Source: an uncultured Spirochaetota bacterium (GTDB taxonomy: Bacteria > Spirochaetota > Spirochaetia > SZUA-6 > Fen-1364). From it: DNA of 64,000 nucleotides. This document shows, piece after piece, positions 10,807-19,730 of this stretch. The stretch spans positions 416,001 through 480,000 of the forward strand of contig CAVTHO010000003.1 in the NCBI GenBank assembly GCA_963734545.1. The letters are read 5' to 3'. The translations under genes and the position numbers were made by a program. Below the pieces are notes generated by a model. The model ran no database searches and was not told the DNA's origin. It saw only the letters and a program-made list of their open reading frames with translations. Within the stretch, counting starts at the first letter, position 1; each line of letters opens with the position of its first letter.

Positions 10807-11583
10807 TCACGGGCGTTCCGCCGCATCACCGAGAAGTTTTCCCAGCAGCTCACGCCGGTTGCGCACGTTGAGCTTGGTGTAGATGTGACCGATGTGCGTT
10901 TCCGCGGTGCGAGGGCTGATCACGAGCATGCTTGCGATCTCCTCGGGGCGCATCCTTCGGCAGAGGAGAGAAGCGATCTCGGCCTCCCGTTTGCTCAGAA
11001 GGTCGCACTCGGCGGCCAGCTCCGCGGCCAGGAAATGGTCCGCGGTGAGCCGTTCGAGCCTCCTGAAGGAATTGACGAAATTGACCAGGTGGGGGCGCAG
11101 GGCGAGCAGGATGGCCACTTCCCTCGGTCTGAGACCTCTTGCGCCCGTCCGGGTGACGATGAGGCTGATTCCGCCCTGGCCCTCCGGGTCCAGCACCGGA
11201 ATACCCGCGGACATGTCGATCTTCATGAGCTTCCCAATGAAGTCGCGCACGAACCCACTGTCCGCGAATTCCCTGTTCTTCCAATGAAACTCGAAATACT
11301 CCGTCGACGGGCCCGTGCGAAGGCGCGCCACATCCTCGTAGAAGTAGCGGTCCCTGTATGCGCGGAGTGCCTTCTCGGGGGCGCCGTTGTTCACGAGGGA
11401 GACCGCCGCGTCGCCCCGTGGTGATACCACATCTGCGATGCAGGCGACGGACTGGTCGCACGAGATGAGGGCAGGGATCTCACGAACGGCGCAGCTCAAC
11501 AGGTCATGAAGATCTGCTTGTTGACCGCACGCGCTCACGAAGTCCCACATCTTCAGCCATGGCAGTGGTGCCGGTCGTGCCAT
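10807..11583 (-). CDS. LuxR-family HTH transcriptional regulator with N-terminal GAF/ligand-binding-like domain
   Basis: C-terminal LSKREAEIASLLCRRMRPEEIASMLVISPRTAETHIGHIYTKL is a LuxR HTH. Confidence 0.9.
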   Translation of the reverse strand: MARPAPLPWLKMWDFVSACGQQADLHDLLSCAVREIPALISCDQSVACIADVVSPRGDAAVSLVNNGAPEKALRAYRDRYFYEDVARLRTGPSTEYFEFHWKNREFADSGFVRDFIGKLMKIDMSAGIPVLDPEGQGGISLIVTRTGARGLRPREVAILLALRPHLVNFVNSFRRLERLTADHFLAAELAAECDLLSKREAEIASLLCRRMRPEEIASMLVISPRTAETHIGHIYTKLNVRNRRELLGKLLGDAAERP

Positions 11584-11758
11584 TCTCGCTTCCTTCCATA
11601 GTGTAGCACCGGAAACCCCTGCCCGCAATTACGTATGCTTGTACGGACGTTTTATTTGCCGGAGCGTGCAATGATTTGTTTCATCTAAAAGGACATCCCA
11701 TAAAGTCCAGGGAGGCTGAGGGGCGCGACTGGAGAGTCGTATGCTCCTCAGCCCCTCT

Positions 11759-12496
11759 CTAGAGCGTCCTGTTCGTATGCCCAATGGCGCTCCGCGTGGC
11801 ACGCGAGAGCGCATGGAATGCGGAGGCGTTCAGCCGGTCGCACGCCCAGTTCCAGTGGATCGACACAATCTCACCTGGACGGAAATCGTCGAGGTACCCG
11901 CGGCCGTCGATCTGGCGCAGGATCCTCACGGGCACAGGCCGCCCGAGGGCGAGCTTTGCTCCTGCCATGACAAGGGGGGACCGTTCGACGATCATTTCCG
12001 CCCCCTCGACACATTTGACCCGGCCCCAGCTTATCCGGCACTGGTCCATGCGCTCCAGCGCGATCGTCGCCCGCTCGTCGCGCAGGAGGCCGGCGCGGCG
12101 GTACACCTCGAAGACGTGGAAGTTGTGATGGGGTTTTGTCCCGTCGGAAAGCCCGGCCGTCATCCACGAAAAGGAGCGGGCGTCCATGCGCGGTCGAAAG
12201 CGTGCGCGGAGCGATTCATACAACAGGGATGCGCCGACACGTTCCAGGAAGGCATTGCCTATCCAGTACGCTTCCACGACCCGGGGGTCGAATGGATCGC
12301 TCTGCCCGTTCGCCTCCGCGATCAGTCTCAGGTAGGGATAGGCACCCTCGAACTTCTGCGCGAGCTGCCTCAGCCCAGGGTCCACACGTTCCTCTGTGAG
12401 GTAGCCGAAGAGTCCTTCATGATCCGGTGAGCCGCAGTAGCCTAGACGGTTCGGCGGGAAGGCATACCGGGAAAAAAGGAGAAGCCCGGAGATCAC
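11759..12496 (-). CDS. DUF6390 family protein
   Basis: Family-typical segments FSRYAFPPNRLGYCG, FDPRVVEAYWIGN, PHHNFHVF, MDQCRISWGRV and VSIHWNWACDRL; GTG start overlaps the upstream stop. Confidence 0.75.
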   Translation of the reverse strand: MISGLLLFSRYAFPPNRLGYCGSPDHEGLFGYLTEERVDPGLRQLAQKFEGAYPYLRLIAEANGQSDPFDPRVVEAYWIGNAFLERVGASLLYESLRARFRPRMDARSFSWMTAGLSDGTKPHHNFHVFEVYRRAGLLRDERATIALERMDQCRISWGRVKCVEGAEMIVERSPLVMAGAKLALGRPVPVRILRQIDGRGYLDDFRPGEIVSIHWNWACDRLNASAFHALSRATRSAIGHTNRTL

Positions 12497-13428
12497 CGCG
12501 CATCCCTCCGGCCCGGAGCGCGGAGCGCGTTCTGCTCCTGCCGGCGCCCCAGGATGAAAATCGTGAGGACCGCCAGCAGGGCGAGGGAAAGCCCCAGCCA
12601 GCGCCAGGGCGGGATTGCGACCTGTCGGGAGATGATGACCAGCGCGGTCGTGATGATCGGGGAGCCCGCGGGGATGGCGGTCGTGGCGGTTGCCGATGCG
12701 TGACGAAGGCCGAGCACCGACGTGACGCTGAAGGCAAGCAGGATGAGGCCGGTGATGCACACAAATCCCCACTGGAGAAGGGAAAGCTGCCCGATTGCCC
12801 CCGCTCTTCCCGTCGCGGCAACGAAAAGGAAGAGAAGCAGGGAGCCGAAAGTCATCTTGAACGTCATCACGGTCAGCGCTGCCACGGAGCGCAGCAGGTA
12901 TTTCATGAGCACGAAGTCCGCGGCCCAGAGGAGCGTGGCCGCCGCGACAAAGGGCAGTCCCGCATCCAGCCGCACCGCGCCGGCCCCAATGCCGAGGGTC
13001 AGACCCGCGAGCAGCACCCCGAGGGCCGCCCAGATCGCGGGACTGAAACGCTCCCCGAGCAAGAGGGCGGCGAAAAGGGCCACGAAGAGGAACTGCGTGT
13101 GGTCGACCAGTGAGGCGGTGACGGGAGTCGTGAGCTGCAAACCGCGAAAATACAGCGCATAGGAGACGCTCCCACCGATCAGGGCTACCACGATCAGGAG
13201 CAGCCATTCGCGCGCGCCGAGCCGTCGCCAGTCCGCGCGGCTCCTGCCGGAGAACACGAAAGGCAGCAGGAGGGCGAGGCCGACGACCGAGTTCTTCAGC
13301 GCCGTGTAGAGCGTCGAATCGCTGAACATCCTGACGCCGATGCTGTTGACGTAGATCGCCACACCGCTGATCACCATGTTGAGCGCTGCGAGGCTGTAGC
13401 CCAGGCGGGGATCCGCTGCGCTTCTCAT
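12493..13428 (-). CDS. DMT/EamA family transporter
   Basis: About 10 hydrophobic helices in two EamA repeats (ALYFRGLQLT, FVALFAALLLGE). Confidence 0.85.
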   Translation of the reverse strand: MRSAADPRLGYSLAALNMVISGVAIYVNSIGVRMFSDSTLYTALKNSVVGLALLLPFVFSGRSRADWRRLGAREWLLLIVVALIGGSVSYALYFRGLQLTTPVTASLVDHTQFLFVALFAALLLGERFSPAIWAALGVLLAGLTLGIGAGAVRLDAGLPFVAAATLLWAADFVLMKYLLRSVAALTVMTFKMTFGSLLLFLFVAATGRAGAIGQLSLLQWGFVCITGLILLAFSVTSVLGLRHASATATTAIPAGSPIITTALVIISRQVAIPPWRWLGLSLALLAVLTIFILGRRQEQNALRAPGRRDAR

Positions 13429-13435
13429 CGCTTTC

Positions 13436-14461
13436 CTAGTCCTTCCAGTTCTTGAACCGGGTATTCCGCTCCGCGACGTTTTTTCCCAGTACGGGATGCA
13501 GCGAAAGATCAGGGGAGTAATGGCTTGCGGCGGCGCGGCGGCCCAGCGCTTCCGCCATGGACCGCACATGGTGCGGGGCACCGCCGCAGCAGATGCCGAT
13601 GTAGTTGGCGCCGACTTTTTTCGCCGTGACGGCAAACTCCGCCATCTCGAAACGGCTGCACGCGAAAGGATCGAGCGCAAGCGGAAATGCCCGGTTCCCC
13701 GATGCGTCCCTCAGGGACTGAAAGGTGGGCTGCGCCGCGGTGGTATGATAAGGGACGGGCTGCACGGCCACGTAGCAGGCGACCGCGGACCTGACCTGAT
13801 CCAGCAGGGGGAGGAGTGTTTCCGGCCCGCGCGAGCAATTCAGGCCGACAATATCGCAGCCGTGCGCCTCGAGAGTCCTGCAGGCCGCGTCGAACTCGTG
13901 CCCGTCGATGGTCCTGTCATCCGTGGATGCGAGCGTGATCATGGAAGGCAGCTTGAACTCCTGGATCACCTCCAGCGCGATCAAGGCCTCCCCGAGATAG
14001 TCATTGGTCTCCGAGATGATGAAATCCGCGCCTTCCTCCGCCGCCCACGCGACCTGTTCGCGGTACATCTCCCGCACGACGCGCCCCGATTCTTCGGCAT
14101 GGCGCGGGTCGTACACCCATGTATTGCAGATATTTCCGGCAACCAGGGCATCTCCCTCATCGGCGACCTCGCGAGCCAGTCGCATTGCCTGCCGATTGAG
14201 CTTCTCCAGGTCGGCCTCACGGCCGACGGTGCGCATCTTCTCCTTGTGCGCGTAGTAGGTGAAGGCCACCATGACCTCCGCGCCCGCCCGCAGGAACTCG
14301 CGGTGCAGCTCCCTGACCGCGTCCGGGAAATCGAGCACCGCTTCCGGCACATACGGTCCTGCCTTCAGGTAGCCGCGCCGCTCGAGCTCGAACAGATAGC
14401 CTTCCGCGCCCAGTACAACGCCGTCCTTCAAACGTTCGAGGATGCCTCTTTTCATGCCCAC
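13436..14461 (-). CDS. Betaine-homocysteine S-methyltransferase-like (homocysteine S-methyltransferase family)
   Basis: ELERRGYLKAGPYVPE...LHREFLRAGA resembles the BHMT N-terminus. Zn ligands GLNC and GICCG are present. Confidence 0.85.
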   Translation of the reverse strand: MGMKRGILERLKDGVVLGAEGYLFELERRGYLKAGPYVPEAVLDFPDAVRELHREFLRAGAEVMVAFTYYAHKEKMRTVGREADLEKLNRQAMRLAREVADEGDALVAGNICNTWVYDPRHAEESGRVVREMYREQVAWAAEEGADFIISETNDYLGEALIALEVIQEFKLPSMITLASTDDRTIDGHEFDAACRTLEAHGCDIVGLNCSRGPETLLPLLDQVRSAVACYVAVQPVPYHTTAAQPTFQSLRDASGNRAFPLALDPFACSRFEMAEFAVTAKKVGANYIGICCGGAPHHVRSMAEALGRRAAASHYSPDLSLHPVLGKNVAERNTRFKNWKD

Positions 14462-14491
14462 GGACCTCCGCTTCCTGCCCAGGTTCCTGGT

Positions 14492-15694
14492 CTAATGTAT
14501 GTCCGCGGGCCTGCCGACGTCGACATGAAGCGCGGGCCGCCGCGCCGCCGTTGCGGAGACGAACCGGTCCACGCCAAGGCCTGTCAGGTCGTATTCCGTT
14601 CTGCCCGACAGGGCAAGCTGCGCCATTATTTCACCCACCAGCGGAGCGAACTTGTAGCCGTGACCCGCCATGTTGGCCATGGCGATGTCGGGATGGCGCG
14701 GATGCAGGGAGAGCACGAAGTGCTCATCCGGTGGAAAGTCGTAGAGGCAGGCCTGGGCGTTCAGAACCTCACCGTTCGCGCCGGGGATGAACTCCGTGAC
14801 CCAGTCGCGGACCCGGCGGGTCGTGTCCTCGCGCGGGAGCATGTCGTATCGGGCCACGTCGATGTAGTGATTGGAATGATGCACGGCGACCTTGATCCCC
14901 GGATTGCGGAAGGTCGGGAAGCCGTACATCCCTCCCATCGGGTCCCGCTCGTGTCGGACGATAAAGACGGGGAACCGGTCCGGCAGGTACAGCTCGGGGC
15001 GATCCACCTTGAACCAGATGGACTGGTTCAGCTCGATCGTGTAGGGCACATCCAGTCCCACCTGCGTGAGCAGGCCCCTGGCGTACGGTCCCGCGGTAAT
15101 GACAAGCTTGTCGCACGTGTATATGGCCCTTGTCGTGCGCACTTCCGCGCCGTGCGCGAGGGGCCTGATCTGGAGAACCGGCTCCTCGTCCTGAAGGAGT
15201 GCGCCGTGCGTGCGCGCCTGCTCCGCCTGGGCGCGCAGGCAGTCGTCGATGGCCAGGAAGCCGTTGAGCGGGCAGAATGCCAGCACGAAATCGGCGCGCA
15301 GGCGGAATTGCGGATAGCGCGTCGCCGCTTCGGCCGGGCCCATCACCTCGATGGGCACGTTCAGCTCGCGGCTGATGCGGATGATTGCCTGCAGCGCGGG
15401 ATCGCTCTCCGGTCCGATCTCGACGCCCCCGCACAGGTACAGGAGCTTCTGCCCGGCGTCCGCTTCGAGCTCTTCCCAGAGCCGATAGGCGTGCGGCATC
15501 AGGCGCGTATACAGCTCATCATCGTAGGTGCGGCGGATGATGCGATGTTCCGAGTGGGAGCTGCCGCGATGATGAAAGAAAGGGAATTGCTCCAGGACCC
15601 GGACGTCGGTGCCGCCCTTTGCCAATCGCCAGGCCGTGGCGAGTCCCATGCCCCCGCCGCCCACCACGATGACGGTGCTGTGTCCGCCGCCCAT
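14492..15694 (-). CDS. solA: Monomeric sarcosine oxidase / N-methyl-amino-acid oxidase
   Basis: VIVVGGGGMGLATAW FAD motif, GSSHSEHRIIR, flavinylation-region CLYD, and GHGYKFAP. Confidence 0.8.
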   Translation of the reverse strand: MGGGHSTVIVVGGGGMGLATAWRLAKGGTDVRVLEQFPFFHHRGSSHSEHRIIRRTYDDELYTRLMPHAYRLWEELEADAGQKLLYLCGGVEIGPESDPALQAIIRISRELNVPIEVMGPAEAATRYPQFRLRADFVLAFCPLNGFLAIDDCLRAQAEQARTHGALLQDEEPVLQIRPLAHGAEVRTTRAIYTCDKLVITAGPYARGLLTQVGLDVPYTIELNQSIWFKVDRPELYLPDRFPVFIVRHERDPMGGMYGFPTFRNPGIKVAVHHSNHYIDVARYDMLPREDTTRRVRDWVTEFIPGANGEVLNAQACLYDFPPDEHFVLSLHPRHPDIAMANMAGHGYKFAPLVGEIMAQLALSGRTEYDLTGLGVDRFVSATAARRPALHVDVGRPADIH

Positions 15695-15697
15695 CCG

Positions 15698-16078
15698 CTA
15701 CTTCGCTTCCTTCTCCTCTTCCAGGTAGAAGCGCAGGATGGTGTTTCCGATCAGGATGCGGTCCCCGTACTGGAGGCGTGTTTTTTCCTGGAGCTTTCGA
15801 GAGTTGAGGTACGTGGAGTTAGTCGAGCTCAAATCCTCAAGCCAGTAGTCGCCTTTCTCATCGACCGCCAGGCGGCAGTGGTGCCGGCTCAGGAGCGGAT
15901 CATCGATGACGCAGTCGCTGTCCTTCTGGCGTCCCAGCACGAGCACCGGTTGATCGATGACGAAGGTGGTCCCGAAATCAGCGCGGGAGAGGATGACCAG
16001 GAGCGCTTTCTTTCCCAAAGCGGCCGAGTATTTGAACTTTGCGGGCTGGCTGCCGATCCGCGTCTTGTCGTCTTTCAA
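15698..16078 (-). CDS. FHA domain protein
   Basis: LGR...LSRHHC...DLSSTNSTYLN FHA signature. Confidence 0.9.
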   Translation of the reverse strand: MKDDKTRIGSQPAKFKYSAALGKKALLVILSRADFGTTFVIDQPVLVLGRQKDSDCVIDDPLLSRHHCRLAVDEKGDYWLEDLSSTNSTYLNSRKLQEKTRLQYGDRILIGNTILRFYLEEEKEAK

Positions 16079-16177
16079 GTGCGACAGAGAATAGGGAAGG
16101 ACGGGATTTTCGTCAATACGCGCTCGGACCCGCCTTTCTTGACTCCGCCAATGACAAAGCAGTAACTATAATATGGT

Positions 16178-17203
16178 ATGGCCAAGCTCCTGCAGGAGAT
16201 TGAGTGGGGGAGTCCGCTTTTTGCGGGTGACACAGGCACGGGATATCCTGACCTGGGCAGGCTCAGTCCGTGGATCGACGCCACCATGGCATGGTTTTCC
16301 GAGCCGATGAAATTCAGTTACGCAAGCGCCCCCCACATGGGGATCGCCTATTTCGTTACAAGCCAGGAGAACGCTTGCCGTTACTGCTATGGGGTGGCCC
16401 GGGCCACGATGCAGATATGGGGGTACAGCGAAAGACAGATCAGTGACCTGGAGCAACAGGCATCGCTGGCGGACGGCATCACCCGGAGGGTGGTGGAGTT
16501 TGCCCGTAAGCTGGCCAAGTCGAATCCATCGCCGGCACGCGAGGACCGTGAAGCGCTGATAGCAGGAGGGCTGAATCCGGAGGCTGCTCCCGAGATAGCC
16601 GCCTGTGTCGTAGAGGCCTGTTTTGCCAATCGAATCGCCACGTTCCTTGCCCTGCCCCCCAACCTTGCCGTAGAGAGAATCCCCGCGAGCCTTATGGGAA
16701 GGCTGAGGTTGCCGTTCATCAGAAAGAGACTGATTCCGAAAAAAGCGGCACCCCCCCAGGATTTCCGCAATGAGGGCCTTTGCGCGCCCATCATCGCCGC
16801 GGCAGGGAGGACGCATCTGGCCGCGTGGCTGCGGAGTGTCACCGACGGCTGCATGAGCTCCCCCGTGATTCCAAGAAGGAGCAAGGGCCTGATGCTGGCC
16901 GTGATTGCCCGGCAGCTTGACTCCACGCTGTGCGAGGAGGAAACCAGGGAGAGCCTGGCCGTCGATGGAGTGCCCCGTGCGGATATCCAGGCTATTCTCT
17001 CCACGCTGACCTCGTCTGCCATGAATGGAGTCGAGGAACGACTGCTCCGCTGGACCAGGGAGACTGTCTGGTACGAACCGCGGATCATCCAGAACAGCAC
17101 GAAACGGCTCCTCCAGGAAGTGGGGCCGGAGATCGCCCTCGAGGCCATCGGGACAGCCGCACTGTGCAACACGCTGGCCCGGCTTTCTCTCGTAAGGCAG
17201 TGA
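16178..17203 (+). CDS. AhpD/carboxymuconolactone decarboxylase-like protein (two CMD-like halves)
   Basis: SQENACRYC CxxC motif; the second half (RSKGLMLAVIARQLDSTLC) repeats the fold. Confidence 0.7.
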   Translation: MAKLLQEIEWGSPLFAGDTGTGYPDLGRLSPWIDATMAWFSEPMKFSYASAPHMGIAYFVTSQENACRYCYGVARATMQIWGYSERQISDLEQQASLADGITRRVVEFARKLAKSNPSPAREDREALIAGGLNPEAAPEIAACVVEACFANRIATFLALPPNLAVERIPASLMGRLRLPFIRKRLIPKKAAPPQDFRNEGLCAPIIAAAGRTHLAAWLRSVTDGCMSSPVIPRRSKGLMLAVIARQLDSTLCEEETRESLAVDGVPRADIQAILSTLTSSAMNGVEERLLRWTRETVWYEPRIIQNSTKRLLQEVGPEIALEAIGTAALCNTLARLSLVRQ

Positions 17204-17974
17204 GTCCCCTGCTCGTCCCCTTTGGCTTTCTGCTCGCTCTGGCGGCGGCGCTCGCGCTGATCGCTTTCTACCTGTACCGGGAGCGGGACCTCCTGAAACG
17301 GCGTGTTGATCAGAGCTCCCGTGAGCTTGAAAGGCTGCAGAGGTCATTCGCCCGTTTCGCGCCTGCCGTGCTTGTGGAGAGGATCGTCGACAAGGGCATG
17401 CAGGAGAGCGGAGAACGGCGCGAGGTGACCGTCATGTTCGCCGACATCCGCGGTTTCACACGCATGAGCGAAAAGCTGGATCCGGCGATCGTCGTCGAGA
17501 TGCTGAACGGCTATTTCGAGCCGGATGTCGGGGGTGATTCGGGAACATCACGGCCACGTGACCCGCATGATGGGGGATGGCATCATGAGCGTGTTCGGCG
17601 CCCTGGAGCCGAATCCGTGGCACGCGCAGGACGCGGTGGAGGCTGCGATCGGCATGCGCCGGGCCCTCGCGGAATACAACGAGAAGCTGAGGGTGCGCGG
17701 GTTTCCCGAGCTCGGCTTCGGCATCGGCATCCATTGCGGACCTGTCGTGGCAGGGCTCGTGGGCAGCGATGAACTGCTCGAGTTCACCGTCATGGGCGAC
17801 GTGGTGAACGTGGCCTCGCGAATCGAGGCTTTGACCCGCGAGCTCGACGCCGACATCCTGGTGACGGATGACGTGAGGAGCCGGCTCAACAATCGCTTCG
17901 TGACGAGCGCAATGCCGCCGGCCCGCATCCGGGGAAAGACGGACCCGATCCTCACCTGGACAGTCAACAGTTGA
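17200..17974 (+). CDS. Single-TM class III nucleotidyl cyclase (frameshift near 17520)
   Basis: TM LLVPFGFLLALAAALALIAF; motifs FADIRGFT, GHVTRMMGDGIMSVFG and EFTVMGDVVNVASRIE. Confidence 0.85.
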
Positions 17975-18077
17975 GTCCGCGTCACGTTGAGATGGACTAT
18001 GTCCCTTCCTGTTACTATTTTTGACTGAAATACTCAGGTTTGCGCGCGCATGGGACATCAAGTATGGAGAGAGAAAG

Positions 18078-19730
18078 ATGGCCAAACCCGTCATCCTCGC
18101 GGTAGACGACGAAGAGCAGGTCCTCAACGCCGTCGAACGGGACCTCCGCGGCAGGTTCGCGTCGGAATACCGAATCGCAAAAGCCCTTTCAGGAGAGGAC
18201 GCGCTGAAAGCGGCCCGGGAGATCAAGAGACGCGGCGGGGCGCTCGCCCTGTTCCTCGTCGATCAACGGATGCCGGTGATGAGCGGCACCGAGCTCCTGG
18301 CACAGGCCATCGAGATCTTCCCGGGGGCAAAGCGAGTCCTGCTCACCGCTTATGCCGACACACAGGCCGCGATCACGAGCATCAACACGCTGGGCCTCGA
18401 TCACTACCTCATGAAGCCGTGGGACCCTCCCGAGAAGGAGTTGTTCCCCGTCCTGGAAGATCTGCTCAGCGACTGGGCCGCCTCGAACCGTCCTCCCTTC
18501 GAAGGGATCCGGGTCCTCGGCACCACCTGGTCGGCAAAGAGCCACGGCGTGAAGGACTTCCTCTCCCGCAACCAGATTCCCTACCTCTGGATGGACGTCG
18601 AGAAAGATGAGGACGCGCAGCAGCTCTTGAAGGCGCTCAACGGTCCGCAGCGCCTTCCCGCGGTGCTTTTTTCCGACGGCCGGGTTCTTTCAGATCCCGG
18701 AATGCACGAGCTGGCAAAGGAGTGCGGTCTCCGGACGAGCGCCGCGCGGCCTTTCTATGACCTGATCATCAGCGGCGGCGGCCCCGCCGGCCTGGCCGCG
18801 GCGGTTTATGCGGCCTCCGAAGGGCTGCGGACGGTGCTCGTCGAGAAGGAGGCCACGGGCGGGCAGGCGGGCACGAGCTCCCTGATCGAGAACTATCTCG
18901 GTTTTCCCAGGGGCCTGAGCGGCGGCGACCTGGCACGCCGGGCCACGATCCAGGCAAAACGCTTCGGAGTGGAGATCGTGAGCGGAGAGGTCATCGGAGT
19001 GCGCGTGGAGGATCCGTATCGCTACGCGCGCCTCGCGGACGGCACCGAGATAAGCTGTCACGCCCTTTTGATCGCAACCGGGGTATCCGTGCAAAAGCTC
19101 GACCTGGAGGGGGCGGACCGGCTGACAGGAGCCGGCATCTACTACGGCGCCGCGGTGAGCGAGGCGGTGAGCTACAAGGGCCAGGACGTGATGGTCGTGG
19201 GCGGGGCCAACTCCGCGGGCCAGAGTGCCGTCTTTCTCTCCCGCCATGCGCGGACGGTGTTCCTCGTGGCAAGGGGAGCGCTGGAGGCGGGCATGTCTTC
19301 CTACCTTGTCGACCAGATCAGGTCGACGGAAAACATCCAGGTCCTCCTGGGCGCCGAAGTCACCAGGGTGAGCGGAGAGTCGCGCCTTGAATGCGTGACG
19401 GTTACGGAAAAGGTCGGCGGCGCATCACGCTCAATTCCGGTGGGAGCCATGTTCGTCTTTGTCGGCGCGGCAGCCCACACGGACATGCTCGACGGTGTCA
19501 TTGAAAGGGACTCCTCTGGTTTCATATTGACCGGCAGGGACACCGGCGCGAACGGAGTGCGGCCGAAGAGCTGGAACCTCAAGCGGGACCCGTACCTTCT
19601 GGAGACAACCGTGCCCGGCATATTCGCGGCAGGGGACGTGCGGCACATGTCCGTCAAACGGGTCGGCTCCGCAGTCGGAGAAGGCGCCATCGCCGTTGCG
19701 CTGATCCATCAATACCTCAAGACCGTATGA
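18078..19730 (+). CDS. Response-regulator receiver + glutaredoxin-like + thioredoxin-reductase-like flavoprotein fusion
   Basis: REC (ILAVDDE, LVDQRMP, LLTAY, LMKPW), Grx-like linker, FAD motif GGGPAGLAAA, NADPH motif VVGGANSAGQ and GIFAAGDV. There is no CxxC (GIYYGAA instead). Confidence 0.9.
   Translation: MAKPVILAVDDEEQVLNAVERDLRGRFASEYRIAKALSGEDALKAAREIKRRGGALALFLVDQRMPVMSGTELLAQAIEIFPGAKRVLLTAYADTQAAITSINTLGLDHYLMKPWDPPEKELFPVLEDLLSDWAASNRPPFEGIRVLGTTWSAKSHGVKDFLSRNQIPYLWMDVEKDEDAQQLLKALNGPQRLPAVLFSDGRVLSDPGMHELAKECGLRTSAARPFYDLIISGGGPAGLAAAVYAASEGLRTVLVEKEATGGQAGTSSLIENYLGFPRGLSGGDLARRATIQAKRFGVEIVSGEVIGVRVEDPYRYARLADGTEISCHALLIATGVSVQKLDLEGADRLTGAGIYYGAAVSEAVSYKGQDVMVVGGANSAGQSAVFLSRHARTVFLVARGALEAGMSSYLVDQIRSTENIQVLLGAEVTRVSGESRLECVTVTEKVGGASRSIPVGAMFVFVGAAAHTDMLDGVIERDSSGFILTGRDTGANGVRPKSWNLKRDPYLLETTVPGIFAAGDVRHMSVKRVGSAVGEGAIAVALIHQYLKTV

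Noticed and set aside
13496-16165. 889-aa plus-strand ORF and other long shadow ORFs (e.g. 605..2122, 24165..26156, 61574..63163)
   Set aside because: These are antisense or alternate-frame shadows of well-supported genes in high-GC DNA, with no recognisable motifs.
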